Origin: an uncultured Candidatus Saccharibacteria bacterium | Lineage (GTDB): Bacteria; Patescibacteriota; Andersenbacteria; UBA10190 | Direction of reading: 5' to 3' | DNA length: 64,000 nucleotides | Assembly: GCA_964371255.1 (NCBI GenBank) | Contig: CAYJKV010000002.1 | Coordinates: forward strand, 130,553 to 194,552 | Program-made: the position numbers and the translations under genes | Shown: piece after piece, positions 10,691 to 20,491 of the stretch | Position numbering within the stretch: position 1 is the stretch's first letter | Layout of the letters: each line of letters starts with the position of its first letter | Notes under the pieces: model-generated | What the model was told of the DNA's origin: nothing | Databases searched by the model: none | Seen by the model: only the letters and a program-made list of their open reading frames with translations

Positions 10691-12927
10691 ACCGGCGACA
10701 AATCATCTTATTTAGCGCTTTTTCGGCTCTGTTGGCCGTCTCCCTCCAGTTCTTATCGCATTATCCCCTTCCCTTCTACCTTAAGCCGTTTCATGTTCTT
10801 CTGACAGTTTTCCTCATTATTTTTGTTCCCGGTATCAACCTAACGTACCTCATCGAAAAATTAACACGCCGGCACTATGATCTGCCGGCCTTTGTATCAC
10901 TGGCGATTCTATCATCACTCACCATCCCGCCTTTTTTGTTAGTGACCTTTTATCAGTATACCGATTATATTGATAGTGCCCTGGTTTTATTCACCTATAC
11001 CCTATTTCTGCTTTTGCCTTATATGTATTGGGCCGTAATTTTTGTGCTACGGCGCTGGTTATCACCGCCCATCGAAAGTCTCTTGGTCTTTCCGCGCCTC
11101 CGGCTGTCTGCCCTATTGTTTCACCCATTCACCCTTGTCTTTCTGCTTTTGCTCGGTGCTTTAGTTTACAACTTAACCCGTTTTTCCTTTCTGCCTGTAC
11201 CGGATAGTTACTCTTGGCTCATTAACTTCTCCCAAAGCTTTTCGATCAACACCTTACCGCTGTCGTCTGACTTTACTCGTCGCTCATTTTCCGCCTTACT
11301 ATCCGCCTTTTTCTATCTGCTGCACTTGGATCCCTTTTTTACTTTTAAGTATTTCTTTCCGTTACTGACCCTATTGATCATGCCCCCCTTATGGTTAGCC
11401 GGCCGTTATCTGTCAACGCGTTTATGGCAGTTTGCTTTTCTTTTCACCGCCGTTTTTATCTCACCCACCATCATTCTAGAAGTTACTTATATCCGTCAGC
11501 AGGTCGTTTTCCTGATTTTTCTTTATTTTATAATCAGTTTAAGTATCTACGCCATTCAAGTAAAAGATAAAACGATCTACTATTTATTGTTTATTTTTAC
11601 CTTATTTGGCACCATTATCCATCCCGCTTTTCTCATCATTCTCTTAACTAGCATCATCGCCTGGTTTATCACGCATTTAAGGACTGTTCGCCGCTTTCAA
11701 TTCACCACCTTGCTTCTATTGATCTTACTTTTTCCGCTGGCAAAAAAAGCGGCGCTCATCAACATGTTTGTCAGGATCTATGAACAAGCCCGTGCCTCAT
11801 TCATTAACGCCCTGACCGGCCGCTGGAACTTGCAATTTCCATCTTTCTATATCAATAGCGATGGCTATGAGATGAGCTGGCCAGGCGTGGTTGGTGTACT
11901 GAAATATTATGCTTACTATGTTGGCCCAGCCGCGATGCTAATTCTCGGACTGTTCGTTTTTTGGTTATTCACCAATCAGAAATTCCGCCGTCGCCTTACC
12001 TCGCGGCTGCACAACACTGTCTTTGTTGCCATTATCCTGCCCTTTATTCTTTTCTTTTTTATTGCGGAAATTGCTCCACGTTTCGGCAATATTGCTTTTT
12101 TGCCTGAACGCGCTTGGCAATATTTGAGCATCTTGGCCATCTTTGTTTTATTCTTTCTGATTAAGGATGGGCCAGTTTCCCGCTGGTCCAACAAACGCTC
12201 ACAGCTTATCTTTGGCCTATTGATATTATCATCCATCACCGCCTTCAGCGGCGCCGCGTACATCAACTCTCTGAATAAATATTCGATGCCTGACTATGAT
12301 TTCCGGGCCGCCGATTGGATGGTGAAAAATCTTAGCGAATCCAGCATGATTTTTTCCAGTTCTTCCAAAAATATTATTCGTTATCACGCCAATATGAACT
12401 TTATCGGCTTGAATGAGAATATGTACGCGGAGCCTGACCCCCTTGTCATATTAAATCATCTATCAAGCCAGCTGCCGCTGACGGCCGATCTATCCTCAAA
12501 TCTGATCCGCGTCTCCGCTTATTTATCAGATATAAGAGATACAGCCGTCTCCGCCAAAGGCTCTGTAGACGAAACAATCACCAAGCGGCACGTCTCGACT
12601 GATACCTATCAAGCCATTGATGCGTATGTCGCTTCCCTGCAAACTGCTTTAGCCAAGATTACCGAACACAATGAATCCGCTCGAGATTTCCACCAGTCAA
12701 ACGCGATAATTTCTGAAAAAATACCGCCGTTGTATATCTTCTATTCCACCACCCACCCTAAAAACCTTATGGCTGACCGTCCTTATCAATCGTCTTTTAC
12801 TGCCGATCAAAACGTCACGGCATTTCCCGCGCTGGATCATACTCCAGACTATTTTAGCCGTGTGTACACCGACGATCATAATGTGATAATTTGGCAAGTA
12901 AAGGTTCAGAGTTTTCTTCCCTCATGA
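10687..12927 (+). CDS. Polytopic GT-C-like membrane protein, paralog of 8747..10690 with a 78-aa insertion
   Basis: Shared motifs DSYSWL, GRWNL, WPG..GV.KYY.YY.GP, LPERAW, MPDY, SSSKNI.RY, DRPY.SSFT, FPALD. Confidence 0.7.
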   Translation: MNRRQIILFSAFSALLAVSLQFLSHYPLPFYLKPFHVLLTVFLIIFVPGINLTYLIEKLTRRHYDLPAFVSLAILSSLTIPPFLLVTFYQYTDYIDSALVLFTYTLFLLLPYMYWAVIFVLRRWLSPPIESLLVFPRLRLSALLFHPFTLVFLLLLGALVYNLTRFSFLPVPDSYSWLINFSQSFSINTLPLSSDFTRRSFSALLSAFFYLLHLDPFFTFKYFFPLLTLLIMPPLWLAGRYLSTRLWQFAFLFTAVFISPTIILEVTYIRQQVVFLIFLYFIISLSIYAIQVKDKTIYYLLFIFTLFGTIIHPAFLIILLTSIIAWFITHLRTVRRFQFTTLLLLILLFPLAKKAALINMFVRIYEQARASFINALTGRWNLQFPSFYINSDGYEMSWPGVVGVLKYYAYYVGPAAMLILGLFVFWLFTNQKFRRRLTSRLHNTVFVAIILPFILFFFIAEIAPRFGNIAFLPERAWQYLSILAIFVLFFLIKDGPVSRWSNKRSQLIFGLLILSSITAFSGAAYINSLNKYSMPDYDFRAADWMVKNLSESSMIFSSSSKNIIRYHANMNFIGLNENMYAEPDPLVILNHLSSQLPLTADLSSNLIRVSAYLSDIRDTAVSAKGSVDETITKRHVSTDTYQAIDAYVASLQTALAKITEHNESARDFHQSNAIISEKIPPLYIFYSTTHPKNLMADRPYQSSFTADQNVTAFPALDHTPDYFSRVYTDDHNVIIWQVKVQSFLPS

Positions 12928-13859
12928 TCTATCTCGTTTCCCCCCGTAGCGGCGGCCCATTTAAACAGCTCCAACTGATTGCTGCTACCCTCAACGCCAA
13001 CGGCTATCCGGCCCAACATTGTTTCGGTCTAAAAGACTGGCTGCTTTTACACTTCAATAAACAAGACAAGATTATCTCTGTTGTGCCTTTCTTATTCGTC
13101 CGTAACCGCCACAATTTAATCCTTAATATCCGGGGAAATTATCGCAAAGAGAAGAGGCTGACTAACCCGCTCTCCTATTTGTACGATCGTAATCTCAAGC
13201 TCGCCGCCAAGACAGTTGTCCCCTCGCTATATCTGAAAAATGAATTGATGCTGCCCGAAGCCACGGTCATTCCCACCTCAACCGATATTCATCTCCAGCC
13301 AATTAATCCGCCCGCCCACCCAACCGATCGCACCGTCCGTTTAGCCACGATCACGAACTTTGACTTTCGTCCCAAAGCCCAGGGTATCAATAAACTCATT
13401 AACATTGTTAACCAGCTGGAAACGTCTGTTAAAATGTCAATTCATATCTATGGTGGTGGCCGCTGGCTAGATCACGCTAAGCAACAATTTGATTTGCACA
13501 ACTATAAAAAATACCCCGTCTTTTTCCATGGCTATTTTCAAAACGCCATCGACGTCTTGCCGGGCAATGACATTTTTATTTACTGGTCTACTTTCGATAA
13601 CATGCCTAATGTGTTAATTGAAGCGACCGCTTGTGGTTTGCCAATTGTTGTTAATCGCTATGCCGCTTACGAAGAAGTCGTGGGCTCCCACAATCTGCTG
13701 GCTGACTCGGAAAAACAATTTACGGACCATCTGCTTAGTTTGGTAGAAAACCCGCCATTACGTCAGAAATATGGCCACATCAATAACTCCCGCTCTGTTT
13801 TATTCGATATTTCAACCAATATTAAACAATGGATCGATGTCATCAATGCCCCATCGTAA
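12924..13859 (+). CDS. GT4 family glycosyltransferase
   Basis: STFDNMPNVLIEATACGLP; ATGA overlap at 12924. Confidence 0.85.
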   Translation: MIYLVSPRSGGPFKQLQLIAATLNANGYPAQHCFGLKDWLLLHFNKQDKIISVVPFLFVRNRHNLILNIRGNYRKEKRLTNPLSYLYDRNLKLAAKTVVPSLYLKNELMLPEATVIPTSTDIHLQPINPPAHPTDRTVRLATITNFDFRPKAQGINKLINIVNQLETSVKMSIHIYGGGRWLDHAKQQFDLHNYKKYPVFFHGYFQNAIDVLPGNDIFIYWSTFDNMPNVLIEATACGLPIVVNRYAAYEEVVGSHNLLADSEKQFTDHLLSLVENPPLRQKYGHINNSRSVLFDISTNIKQWIDVINAPS

Positions 13860-15804
13860 AATTCCGTTTGGACTCTCTTGCCCTGACCAGTCATGCCCCG
13901 CTTCGCCCTCACCTCATTTATCCCCTGTCTCAGCTGAGCCTCCCGCTGTTGATGTTTTGTTGTCTGTCTATAATGGCTTCAACACCATCGACGAAGCACT
14001 GAACAGTATCCACCAGCAAACTTGGCAGAATTTTTCTGTCGTCCTGGTCAATGATGGTTCCACCGACCGTACCGCGCAACGTTTACGGACCTGGCAAAAC
14101 ATTTTCGGTCACCACCGCTGCCAGATCATTACCAACCAACGCAATCTTGGCCTTACCCGGTCCTTGAACGTCGGTCTGCGATTTTGCACCGCGCCTTATG
14201 TGGCCCGACTCGATGCTGACGATATCTGGCATCCGGATAAATTGATTCAGCAGATGAAATTTTTGCGTCGTCATCCTGATTATGGTTTGGTTGGTTGCTG
14301 GTATATGAACACCAGCCATCTGTCTGCTCGCGTTTTTCGTCTGCCTGTCACCAACGCTGCTATCAAGCGCAATATCTGGCGTCTTAATCCTTTTGGCCAC
14401 AGCTGTGTCGTCGTGCACCGGCAACTATTAACCCAGATAGGTGGTTACAATCCTAACATTGTCTATAGCCAGGATCGTGACCTTTGGTTTCGTTTGTATC
14501 CGCTCACGTCTTTTTACAACGTCCCCGCTGTCCTTTGTCAGCGCCAAACTAACACCGGGCTGTCGCAAACCAGCTATCGTCGGCAAATGTGGTCAAGCCT
14601 AACCATTAGGTTTAAATATTTACGTCTCTATCGCGCGTCGTTAATTAATTACCTTTCGCTCCTCTTGCCTCTTCTAATATTTCTGCAGCCCAGGTGGGTC
14701 AAGAATCTCAAGCTGGCCGGGCATATTAATCGCTCACTTGGCATCTCGCCCCAGCTCCATCCTGTGCCGATCAAGTTTAATCTGGCGGTCATCAACGATC
14801 GCCCCCTCCTGCCTCATCGTGGTGAAACCATCGCTCGGCGTGCGATGGCTCAAGCCTTAGCTGCCCACCCGTCTCTAGAGCGTGTATCCGTCATTAATAC
14901 CACTCCGTTTTTCTCGGCCTTCATCAAACTTCCTCGTCATGTACCTGTCCTATATCTGCGCTGCGGCGCCCTGGCTGCGGCCCTCATCGCCCTGCGCAAC
15001 TTATCCTCATATCGAGTCATCATTCTTGAGGTACATAATTTTCTGCTGCCTCACTTATTGGCTCCGTCGTTTTGGCTGTATCGTTTTGCTGCCAGGCGCG
15101 TTGATTTATTTATTACGATTGATCCCCAATCAACCGCGTCGTGGCTTAAGCTCGGCGCGTCTAAGACGGATATCATTGAATTGCCCAGTGGCGTTCCTCC
15201 TTTGTTGCGTCTGGGCGCCAATGAAAAAAATCGTATCCGGACCAAGTATGGCCTGCCTCTCAATCACGCATTAGCTCTATATAGCGGCAATCTTTATCGG
15301 GATCGCAGCATTGAGTTAATCATGCAGGCTGCCTTCGCCCTGCGCGATCAGCCCATTCACTTTGCTTTAGCCGGCGGTGCCTCTCAGGATATCCTGTATT
15401 ACCGTCGTTACTTGTCGTCTCGTTGGCCATCTTTGTCTAATCTGTCGTTATTGGGCCTGCTCCCTTATAATCAAGTGTTGCCCCTTTTGTCCTCGGCCGA
15501 TCTCATTCTCGTGACGTATTCCAGGTCGTGCCCTACTATCAATACCATGAGTCCTCTTAAGTTATTCGAAGCTCAATCTTCCGGCACCCCTATTCTCGCC
15601 GCTGATTTGCCTCGTTTACGCGCCTTGTCAGGCTCTTATCCTACAACTTTTTATAATCCGGACGATTCATCTGACCTCACCCGCCAAATATCGAACATTC
15701 TCCGCTCGACTTCACCGCCCCTTACCTCCAGCTGGTCCACCCCTCGCTCGCCGCTGACCTGGTCCGAGCGGGCAGATCTGATCCTAAAACAAATCCTGCC
15801 ATGA
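13846..15804 (+). CDS. Bifunctional GT2-GT4 fusion glycosyltransferase
   Basis: N-terminal half has SVYN, VNDGSTD, NLGLTRSLN, RLDADD and QDRDLW; C-terminal half has YSGNLYRDR and MSPLKLFEAQSSGTPI; start uncertain (13771, 13837 or 13846). Confidence 0.85.
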   Translation: MPHRKIPFGLSCPDQSCPASPSPHLSPVSAEPPAVDVLLSVYNGFNTIDEALNSIHQQTWQNFSVVLVNDGSTDRTAQRLRTWQNIFGHHRCQIITNQRNLGLTRSLNVGLRFCTAPYVARLDADDIWHPDKLIQQMKFLRRHPDYGLVGCWYMNTSHLSARVFRLPVTNAAIKRNIWRLNPFGHSCVVVHRQLLTQIGGYNPNIVYSQDRDLWFRLYPLTSFYNVPAVLCQRQTNTGLSQTSYRRQMWSSLTIRFKYLRLYRASLINYLSLLLPLLIFLQPRWVKNLKLAGHINRSLGISPQLHPVPIKFNLAVINDRPLLPHRGETIARRAMAQALAAHPSLERVSVINTTPFFSAFIKLPRHVPVLYLRCGALAAALIALRNLSSYRVIILEVHNFLLPHLLAPSFWLYRFAARRVDLFITIDPQSTASWLKLGASKTDIIELPSGVPPLLRLGANEKNRIRTKYGLPLNHALALYSGNLYRDRSIELIMQAAFALRDQPIHFALAGGASQDILYYRRYLSSRWPSLSNLSLLGLLPYNQVLPLLSSADLILVTYSRSCPTINTMSPLKLFEAQSSGTPILAADLPRLRALSGSYPTTFYNPDDSSDLTRQISNILRSTSPPLTSSWSTPRSPLTWSERADLILKQILP

Positions 15805-16901
15805 AGAAAAAAATTTTTCATCTCATAACCGGTTTGGAAGTAGGCGGCGCTGAGAATATGCTGTTAAAAATTCTGCCTCGCACTGCCGATACCTGCGACC
15901 ACCACGTTTGCTCCATTATCGGCGTCGGGCCGATTGGTGACAAATTAGTGGCTGCCGGTATTCCTGTTTACTACTTAGATTTAAGTAATACACTTGATCT
16001 CTCGATCATTCCCAAACTAAAGAAAATAATTGTGGACCTTCAGCCGGATGTGCTCATTACCTACTTGCCCCATGCCGACTTGCTGGGCCGTATTATTGGT
16101 AAGTTAACGCATGTGCCAACCATCGTTTGTTCTGTGCGTGTACGCTTAACGCGTTCAAAGTATTTGCCATATTTCATTCTCGATGGATTAACTTCCGCGC
16201 TTGTTAACCAATATCATTTTAACTCTCGCACTATCGCCGATCTCCATCAGCGTTTTTTACGCGTGCCAAGCCACAAGATAACTATTATTCCTAACACGAT
16301 TGATGTCGATATTTATGACATAACCATTGATGTTGTATCCAAAAAAAAGGAATTAAGTCTCCCGACCGACAAAATTATCATTGGCTGCGTCGCGCGATTA
16401 CGCAAACAAAAAGGCCATAACGATTTAATTGCTGCCTTTGCCCGTGTTCATAGCCTGCGTCCTTCGACCATACTTGTCCTAGTCGGTGATGGTGAAGAAA
16501 AACCAGCCATCACACAAACGATTAAACAATATCAGCTTGAACCCCATGTCATCATGCTGGGCAACCGCCATGACGTCCCGGAAATTCTTAAGACCTTCGA
16601 TATCTTTGCCTTTACTACCCTTTATGAGGGCATGAGCAACAGCCTAATGGAAGCCATGTCTGCTCGTTTGCCAATTTTAACGACGGATATCCCCGAGAAC
16701 CGCGAATTGATCACCCACCAAAAAACCGGCTTGCTAGTTCCCGCCCATCACACATCATCGGTCGCCGATGCTCTGGTTCGACTGATTGATGATCAATCTT
16801 TACGTAAGCAACTGGCGGCCAAGGCCTTCCAGGAAATAACAGCTAAGTTCAGCATCAATGCCATCGTGCCTAGATATCGCGATTTTTATCTTCACCTATG
16901 A
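15801..16901 (+). CDS. GT4 family glycosyltransferase (WbnK-like)
   Basis: ITGLEVGGAE, VARLRKQKG, YEGMSNSLMEAM. Confidence 0.93.
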   Translation: MKKKIFHLITGLEVGGAENMLLKILPRTADTCDHHVCSIIGVGPIGDKLVAAGIPVYYLDLSNTLDLSIIPKLKKIIVDLQPDVLITYLPHADLLGRIIGKLTHVPTIVCSVRVRLTRSKYLPYFILDGLTSALVNQYHFNSRTIADLHQRFLRVPSHKITIIPNTIDVDIYDITIDVVSKKKELSLPTDKIIIGCVARLRKQKGHNDLIAAFARVHSLRPSTILVLVGDGEEKPAITQTIKQYQLEPHVIMLGNRHDVPEILKTFDIFAFTTLYEGMSNSLMEAMSARLPILTTDIPENRELITHQKTGLLVPAHHTSSVADALVRLIDDQSLRKQLAAKAFQEITAKFSINAIVPRYRDFYLHL

Positions 16902-18253
16902 CTGCCACAGTAATTCTGCCTCACCCAAAGATTAATGCCGCCTTACTGGCGATCTTAATAATATTTATTATTAGCCGACTTACTTTATTCTTTCTGGAAT
17001 ATAATGATTTCCTGTATCGTCTGCCCCGGCAGGACGACGCGCCATCCTATCTCGGTTTGGCATCAATTTATGCCGGCGATCAAACATATGAGTCTCTCGA
17101 CCTCAGCCCATTTACCCGCGTGCCGATATATCCTCTGCTCCTCGCCCTTTTAACGCCGCTGTCCACGCCATTCTCTTATGCGCTACTTTTTGTCTGCCAG
17201 CAAGCTCTGCAATTGGCGATTATTTTGATCGTTTATGCTTATCTCTACCGTTATTTTTCTCGCCGTTGGGCTTTCTCTGCCGCCTTGATCCTGCTTTTCT
17301 TCTACGATTTTACAATTTATGGTTTTCTTGTCCGACCGGAAGTCCTGTTTACATTTTTCCTTCTCCTGGCTTGCTTATTGTATCTGGCCGCTATTTCCTC
17401 CAACCGTCTCCTTTGGTTTACCTTGGCAGCCTTGTTGGTATCTTTATCTACTCTTACTCGTCCCGTCGCCGCTCTGTTTATTTTCCCCCTGCTCCTTCTG
17501 ACCATCTATCACGGTTACCGCGTCCATGACTCCTGGCGGCCAGTTTTGGCTCGTCTGTTATTCATGATCCTTGCTTATACTCTGCCCCTCCTACCCTGGT
17601 TCTATCACAATTATCAGCTATCAGGCCTGCTCATCCTGCAACAAGACACCGGAAACCTTATCCACACTACCGTACCGGGCGGTCATTGGGGTACGGTCGA
17701 CATTCACCAAATTGTGAATACCGATGTTATGAGCGAATGGGAAGCTGATCGTGTGCTGACCAAAGAAGCGCTGACCAGAATTAAAACCAATCCGACCATC
17801 TGGCTCAAGAATTCTTTCTCTAATTTTTTCTTCCGCCTCTGGTCTATGGGCTTTGCCGACACTTATCTTCGCTATCTCGACCACACAGCTATTAATCCAG
17901 GCGGATACCACACACCTGTCAGCCCCTCTATTTGGCAACGCTTAGCTTCTTCCTGGCAGCTCTTCAACCCGGCGTTTAATATCTCTCCCATCTACCACCT
18001 GTACTTTATATTGAATAATTTCCTCGGCCTAGCTGTCACTTTCTCACCCGTTCTATCACTGATTCTCTTTCCTTTTCTGCCTTACCCCAGCAAAATTGTT
18101 TTTATTTTTTTACTATATTTCTGGGTAATCACCGCCTGCTTTGCCTTTAGTGGTTCCCGTTATATGGTTCCGCTTCTGCCGCTTCTTTGGCTAACCTTAC
18201 CGGCTTGGCCCGCTGCCTTCAAAAGATTAGTTAATTCAGACAGCAAAAGATGA
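16898..18253 (+). CDS. ArnT/PMT-like GT-C membrane glycosyltransferase
   Basis: QDDAPSY after TM1, RVPIYP, RPE, LTRP, PWFYHNY, SRY; about 10 TM segments. Confidence 0.8.
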   Translation: MTATVILPHPKINAALLAILIIFIISRLTLFFLEYNDFLYRLPRQDDAPSYLGLASIYAGDQTYESLDLSPFTRVPIYPLLLALLTPLSTPFSYALLFVCQQALQLAIILIVYAYLYRYFSRRWAFSAALILLFFYDFTIYGFLVRPEVLFTFFLLLACLLYLAAISSNRLLWFTLAALLVSLSTLTRPVAALFIFPLLLLTIYHGYRVHDSWRPVLARLLFMILAYTLPLLPWFYHNYQLSGLLILQQDTGNLIHTTVPGGHWGTVDIHQIVNTDVMSEWEADRVLTKEALTRIKTNPTIWLKNSFSNFFFRLWSMGFADTYLRYLDHTAINPGGYHTPVSPSIWQRLASSWQLFNPAFNISPIYHLYFILNNFLGLAVTFSPVLSLILFPFLPYPSKIVFIFLLYFWVITACFAFSGSRYMVPLLPLLWLTLPAWPAAFKRLVNSDSKR

Positions 18254-19542
18254 AACTATTTCCCGCCCAATCCGTCTCCTCCTCTTTATACGCGACGGCC
18301 AATAGTATCTACGTTCAGCGACATCTATTCTCTGGTTACAAAGCCGGTACCAATAAGGCAGACGAATATAGTTGGTTTTATATCGTGGCGCTCTCCGGCC
18401 AGAAAGATGAACGCGTAAAATTATTGGCTAATATATCTGAATCGGACATACCTTCACTGACTAGAGATAATAGTTTATTGTTTTACTCCGCCGACCAGAT
18501 TAATTGGCATCGTATAAACGAACCGGTTTTAACCGATAGCGCCGGTTTGAAACAATACTGTTCCTTCACCTTGCCCATCTCCGGCCGCTGCTATATATCC
18601 AATACGATCTTTTTTGACTACCAATATCTTCGTGCTTACTTTGCAGCTTTTGCCGCTCGTCACACTGATCTTTGCCGGTTAACTAAAATCGGCTCTTCCT
18701 TAGCTGGCCTCCCGCTTGACGTCCTCACCCTCTCAGCTAGCGCGCAACCCCGCGGCCGTATTTTGGTTACGACCGGCTGCCATCCGGCCGAGCCCGACGT
18801 AATCGCCAGCCAATCTATTCTTGATTGGCTCGTATCTCCTCCTGGACAACTACTTTTACAACAGTACGATGTCGATGTCCTGCCCTTATCTAATCCCGAT
18901 GGTTATGCGCAAAAGAGCTGCCTCACCGCCAATGGTATTAATCTCTATTGGAACTTCCTTAAGGATGATCAGACTAATTGTCCGGAAGCTTACTTCTTAT
19001 GGCAATACATAAGAAACAACCCCCCCTTGCTTTACCTTGATTTTCATTCGTATGTCCACCAGTACCATCGCCACCCCATGCCGTACCTCAAGGACCCGAC
19101 TGCTTACCACGGCGCCTATCCTAAAAACATAGTCAGACAAATGGACCGTTTTCTGATCAAGCAATCCAATGGTTATTATCGTTTTGGTAAATTGGCCATG
19201 TGGCCACGCTCTCTTTCGTATTATATTACGCGAGAATTTAATACTATTGCCTACACTAAATATCATTTCAACCTTTACGAGGGGCTCCTAGCTAGCCAGA
19301 CCAGGGCAACCAATATTTTTGCTGGTTTGTCAGAAATTTTACTTCGACAATCCCTCTCCCAAGAGCAAATATTATTTCCACCCCATGGCTCAGCCCGTGC
19401 AGATTTGACTGACCGTGCGCCTTATCTGCTCTGGTATCAAGTCCGCCAGGTTGTGCGCCAGGTTCACATGTATCTAAAGTCTTATTACCGCTACTATCGT
19501 CATCGCAACAAGACTAATCTTTACCGAACCAGCCGTTCCTAG
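18250..19542 (+). CDS. M14-family zinc hydrolase (carboxypeptidase/deacylase fold), atypical
   Basis: IGSS..G, GCHPAE (HxxE), PLSNPDG, LDFHS. Confidence 0.75.
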   Translation: MKLFPAQSVSSSLYATANSIYVQRHLFSGYKAGTNKADEYSWFYIVALSGQKDERVKLLANISESDIPSLTRDNSLLFYSADQINWHRINEPVLTDSAGLKQYCSFTLPISGRCYISNTIFFDYQYLRAYFAAFAARHTDLCRLTKIGSSLAGLPLDVLTLSASAQPRGRILVTTGCHPAEPDVIASQSILDWLVSPPGQLLLQQYDVDVLPLSNPDGYAQKSCLTANGINLYWNFLKDDQTNCPEAYFLWQYIRNNPPLLYLDFHSYVHQYHRHPMPYLKDPTAYHGAYPKNIVRQMDRFLIKQSNGYYRFGKLAMWPRSLSYYITREFNTIAYTKYHFNLYEGLLASQTRATNIFAGLSEILLRQSLSQEQILFPPHGSARADLTDRAPYLLWYQVRQVVRQVHMYLKSYYRYYRHRNKTNLYRTSRS

Positions 19543-19553
19543 TATTTTATCGC

Positions 19554-19582
19554 TTGCGCCCGTTTGTTCCGTAGCTCATTAT
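19554..19582 (+). promoter_or_regulatory. Putative sigma70 promoter, leaderless geometry
   Basis: TTGCGC-N17-CATTAT-N6-ATG(19589). Confidence 0.5.
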
Positions 19583-19588
19583 TTTCAT

Positions 19589-20491
19589 ATGAACGTTTTC
19601 ATCACGGGCGGCACCGGCTTATTGGCTAATTACCTGCAAGGGCTGGCACCTGCGCATGCTCAAATTACCACTTGTTTCCTGCCCAGCGAGGAGCCGCTGA
19701 CTGCTCCATTACCTTTTCCCGGGTTGGCTTTTGACCTAACCGATTTCAACACCTTATCGTCCGTTTTTTCCCGCCTTGCGCCGGATCTTGTTATTCATAC
19801 GGCTGCTCAAGGCAGTGTTGATTGGTGTGAGGAAAATCAGTCCTCGGCCAAGTCTATTAACATTTCCGCGTCTCTCAAGCTGCTCGATCTTTGTCATTAT
19901 TATCATGCTCATTTTATCTTCATCTCATCCAATGCTGTTTATGGCGGGGTCAAGGCTTACTCCAGCGAAACAGACGAGCCACGACCGGTCAATTATTACG
20001 GCGCCTCCAAACTAGCCGTCGAGCAGACCCTGCGCTCACATCTCGTTACTTCCACTATTCTTCGTCCCAACCTTATGTATGGCTGGCCAAGACCAGGTGG
20101 TCGGGATAATCAGGTCACGCGTGTAATTAACTCTCTGCGCCAGAATTCCGCCATTAAAATTGTTTCTGATACTTGGTTTTCTCCCCTATCCGCACATTTT
20201 ATGGCTCGTGTCATCTGGCACTGCGCCCTGCAACGGATAACTGGTCTCTACAATATCGGCGGTGCAGAGCGCATGACTTTGTTAAAGTTGTCGCAATTAA
20301 CGGCGCGGGTTTTCCATCTCAACGAGTCCCTGATCATCCCCACCTCCATTCATGACATCCCGGCCGCTCCGCGTCCCATTGATACATCGTTTGCGACCGA
20401 TAAAATGTCAGCGCAGTTCGGCTTTCCTCCTGAGTCTGTTCTTACCGGATTACATCAGATGCAAAGATCGCCGGTGCCATTAACGGTATGA
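19589..20491 (+). CDS. RmlD-like NDP-4-keto-6-deoxysugar reductase (SDR)
   Basis: ITGGTGLLA, IHTAA, VDWCE, ISSNAVY, PVNYYGASKLAVE. Confidence 0.85.
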   Translation: MNVFITGGTGLLANYLQGLAPAHAQITTCFLPSEEPLTAPLPFPGLAFDLTDFNTLSSVFSRLAPDLVIHTAAQGSVDWCEENQSSAKSINISASLKLLDLCHYYHAHFIFISSNAVYGGVKAYSSETDEPRPVNYYGASKLAVEQTLRSHLVTSTILRPNLMYGWPRPGGRDNQVTRVINSLRQNSAIKIVSDTWFSPLSAHFMARVIWHCALQRITGLYNIGGAERMTLLKLSQLTARVFHLNESLIIPTSIHDIPAAPRPIDTSFATDKMSAQFGFPPESVLTGLHQMQRSPVPLTV

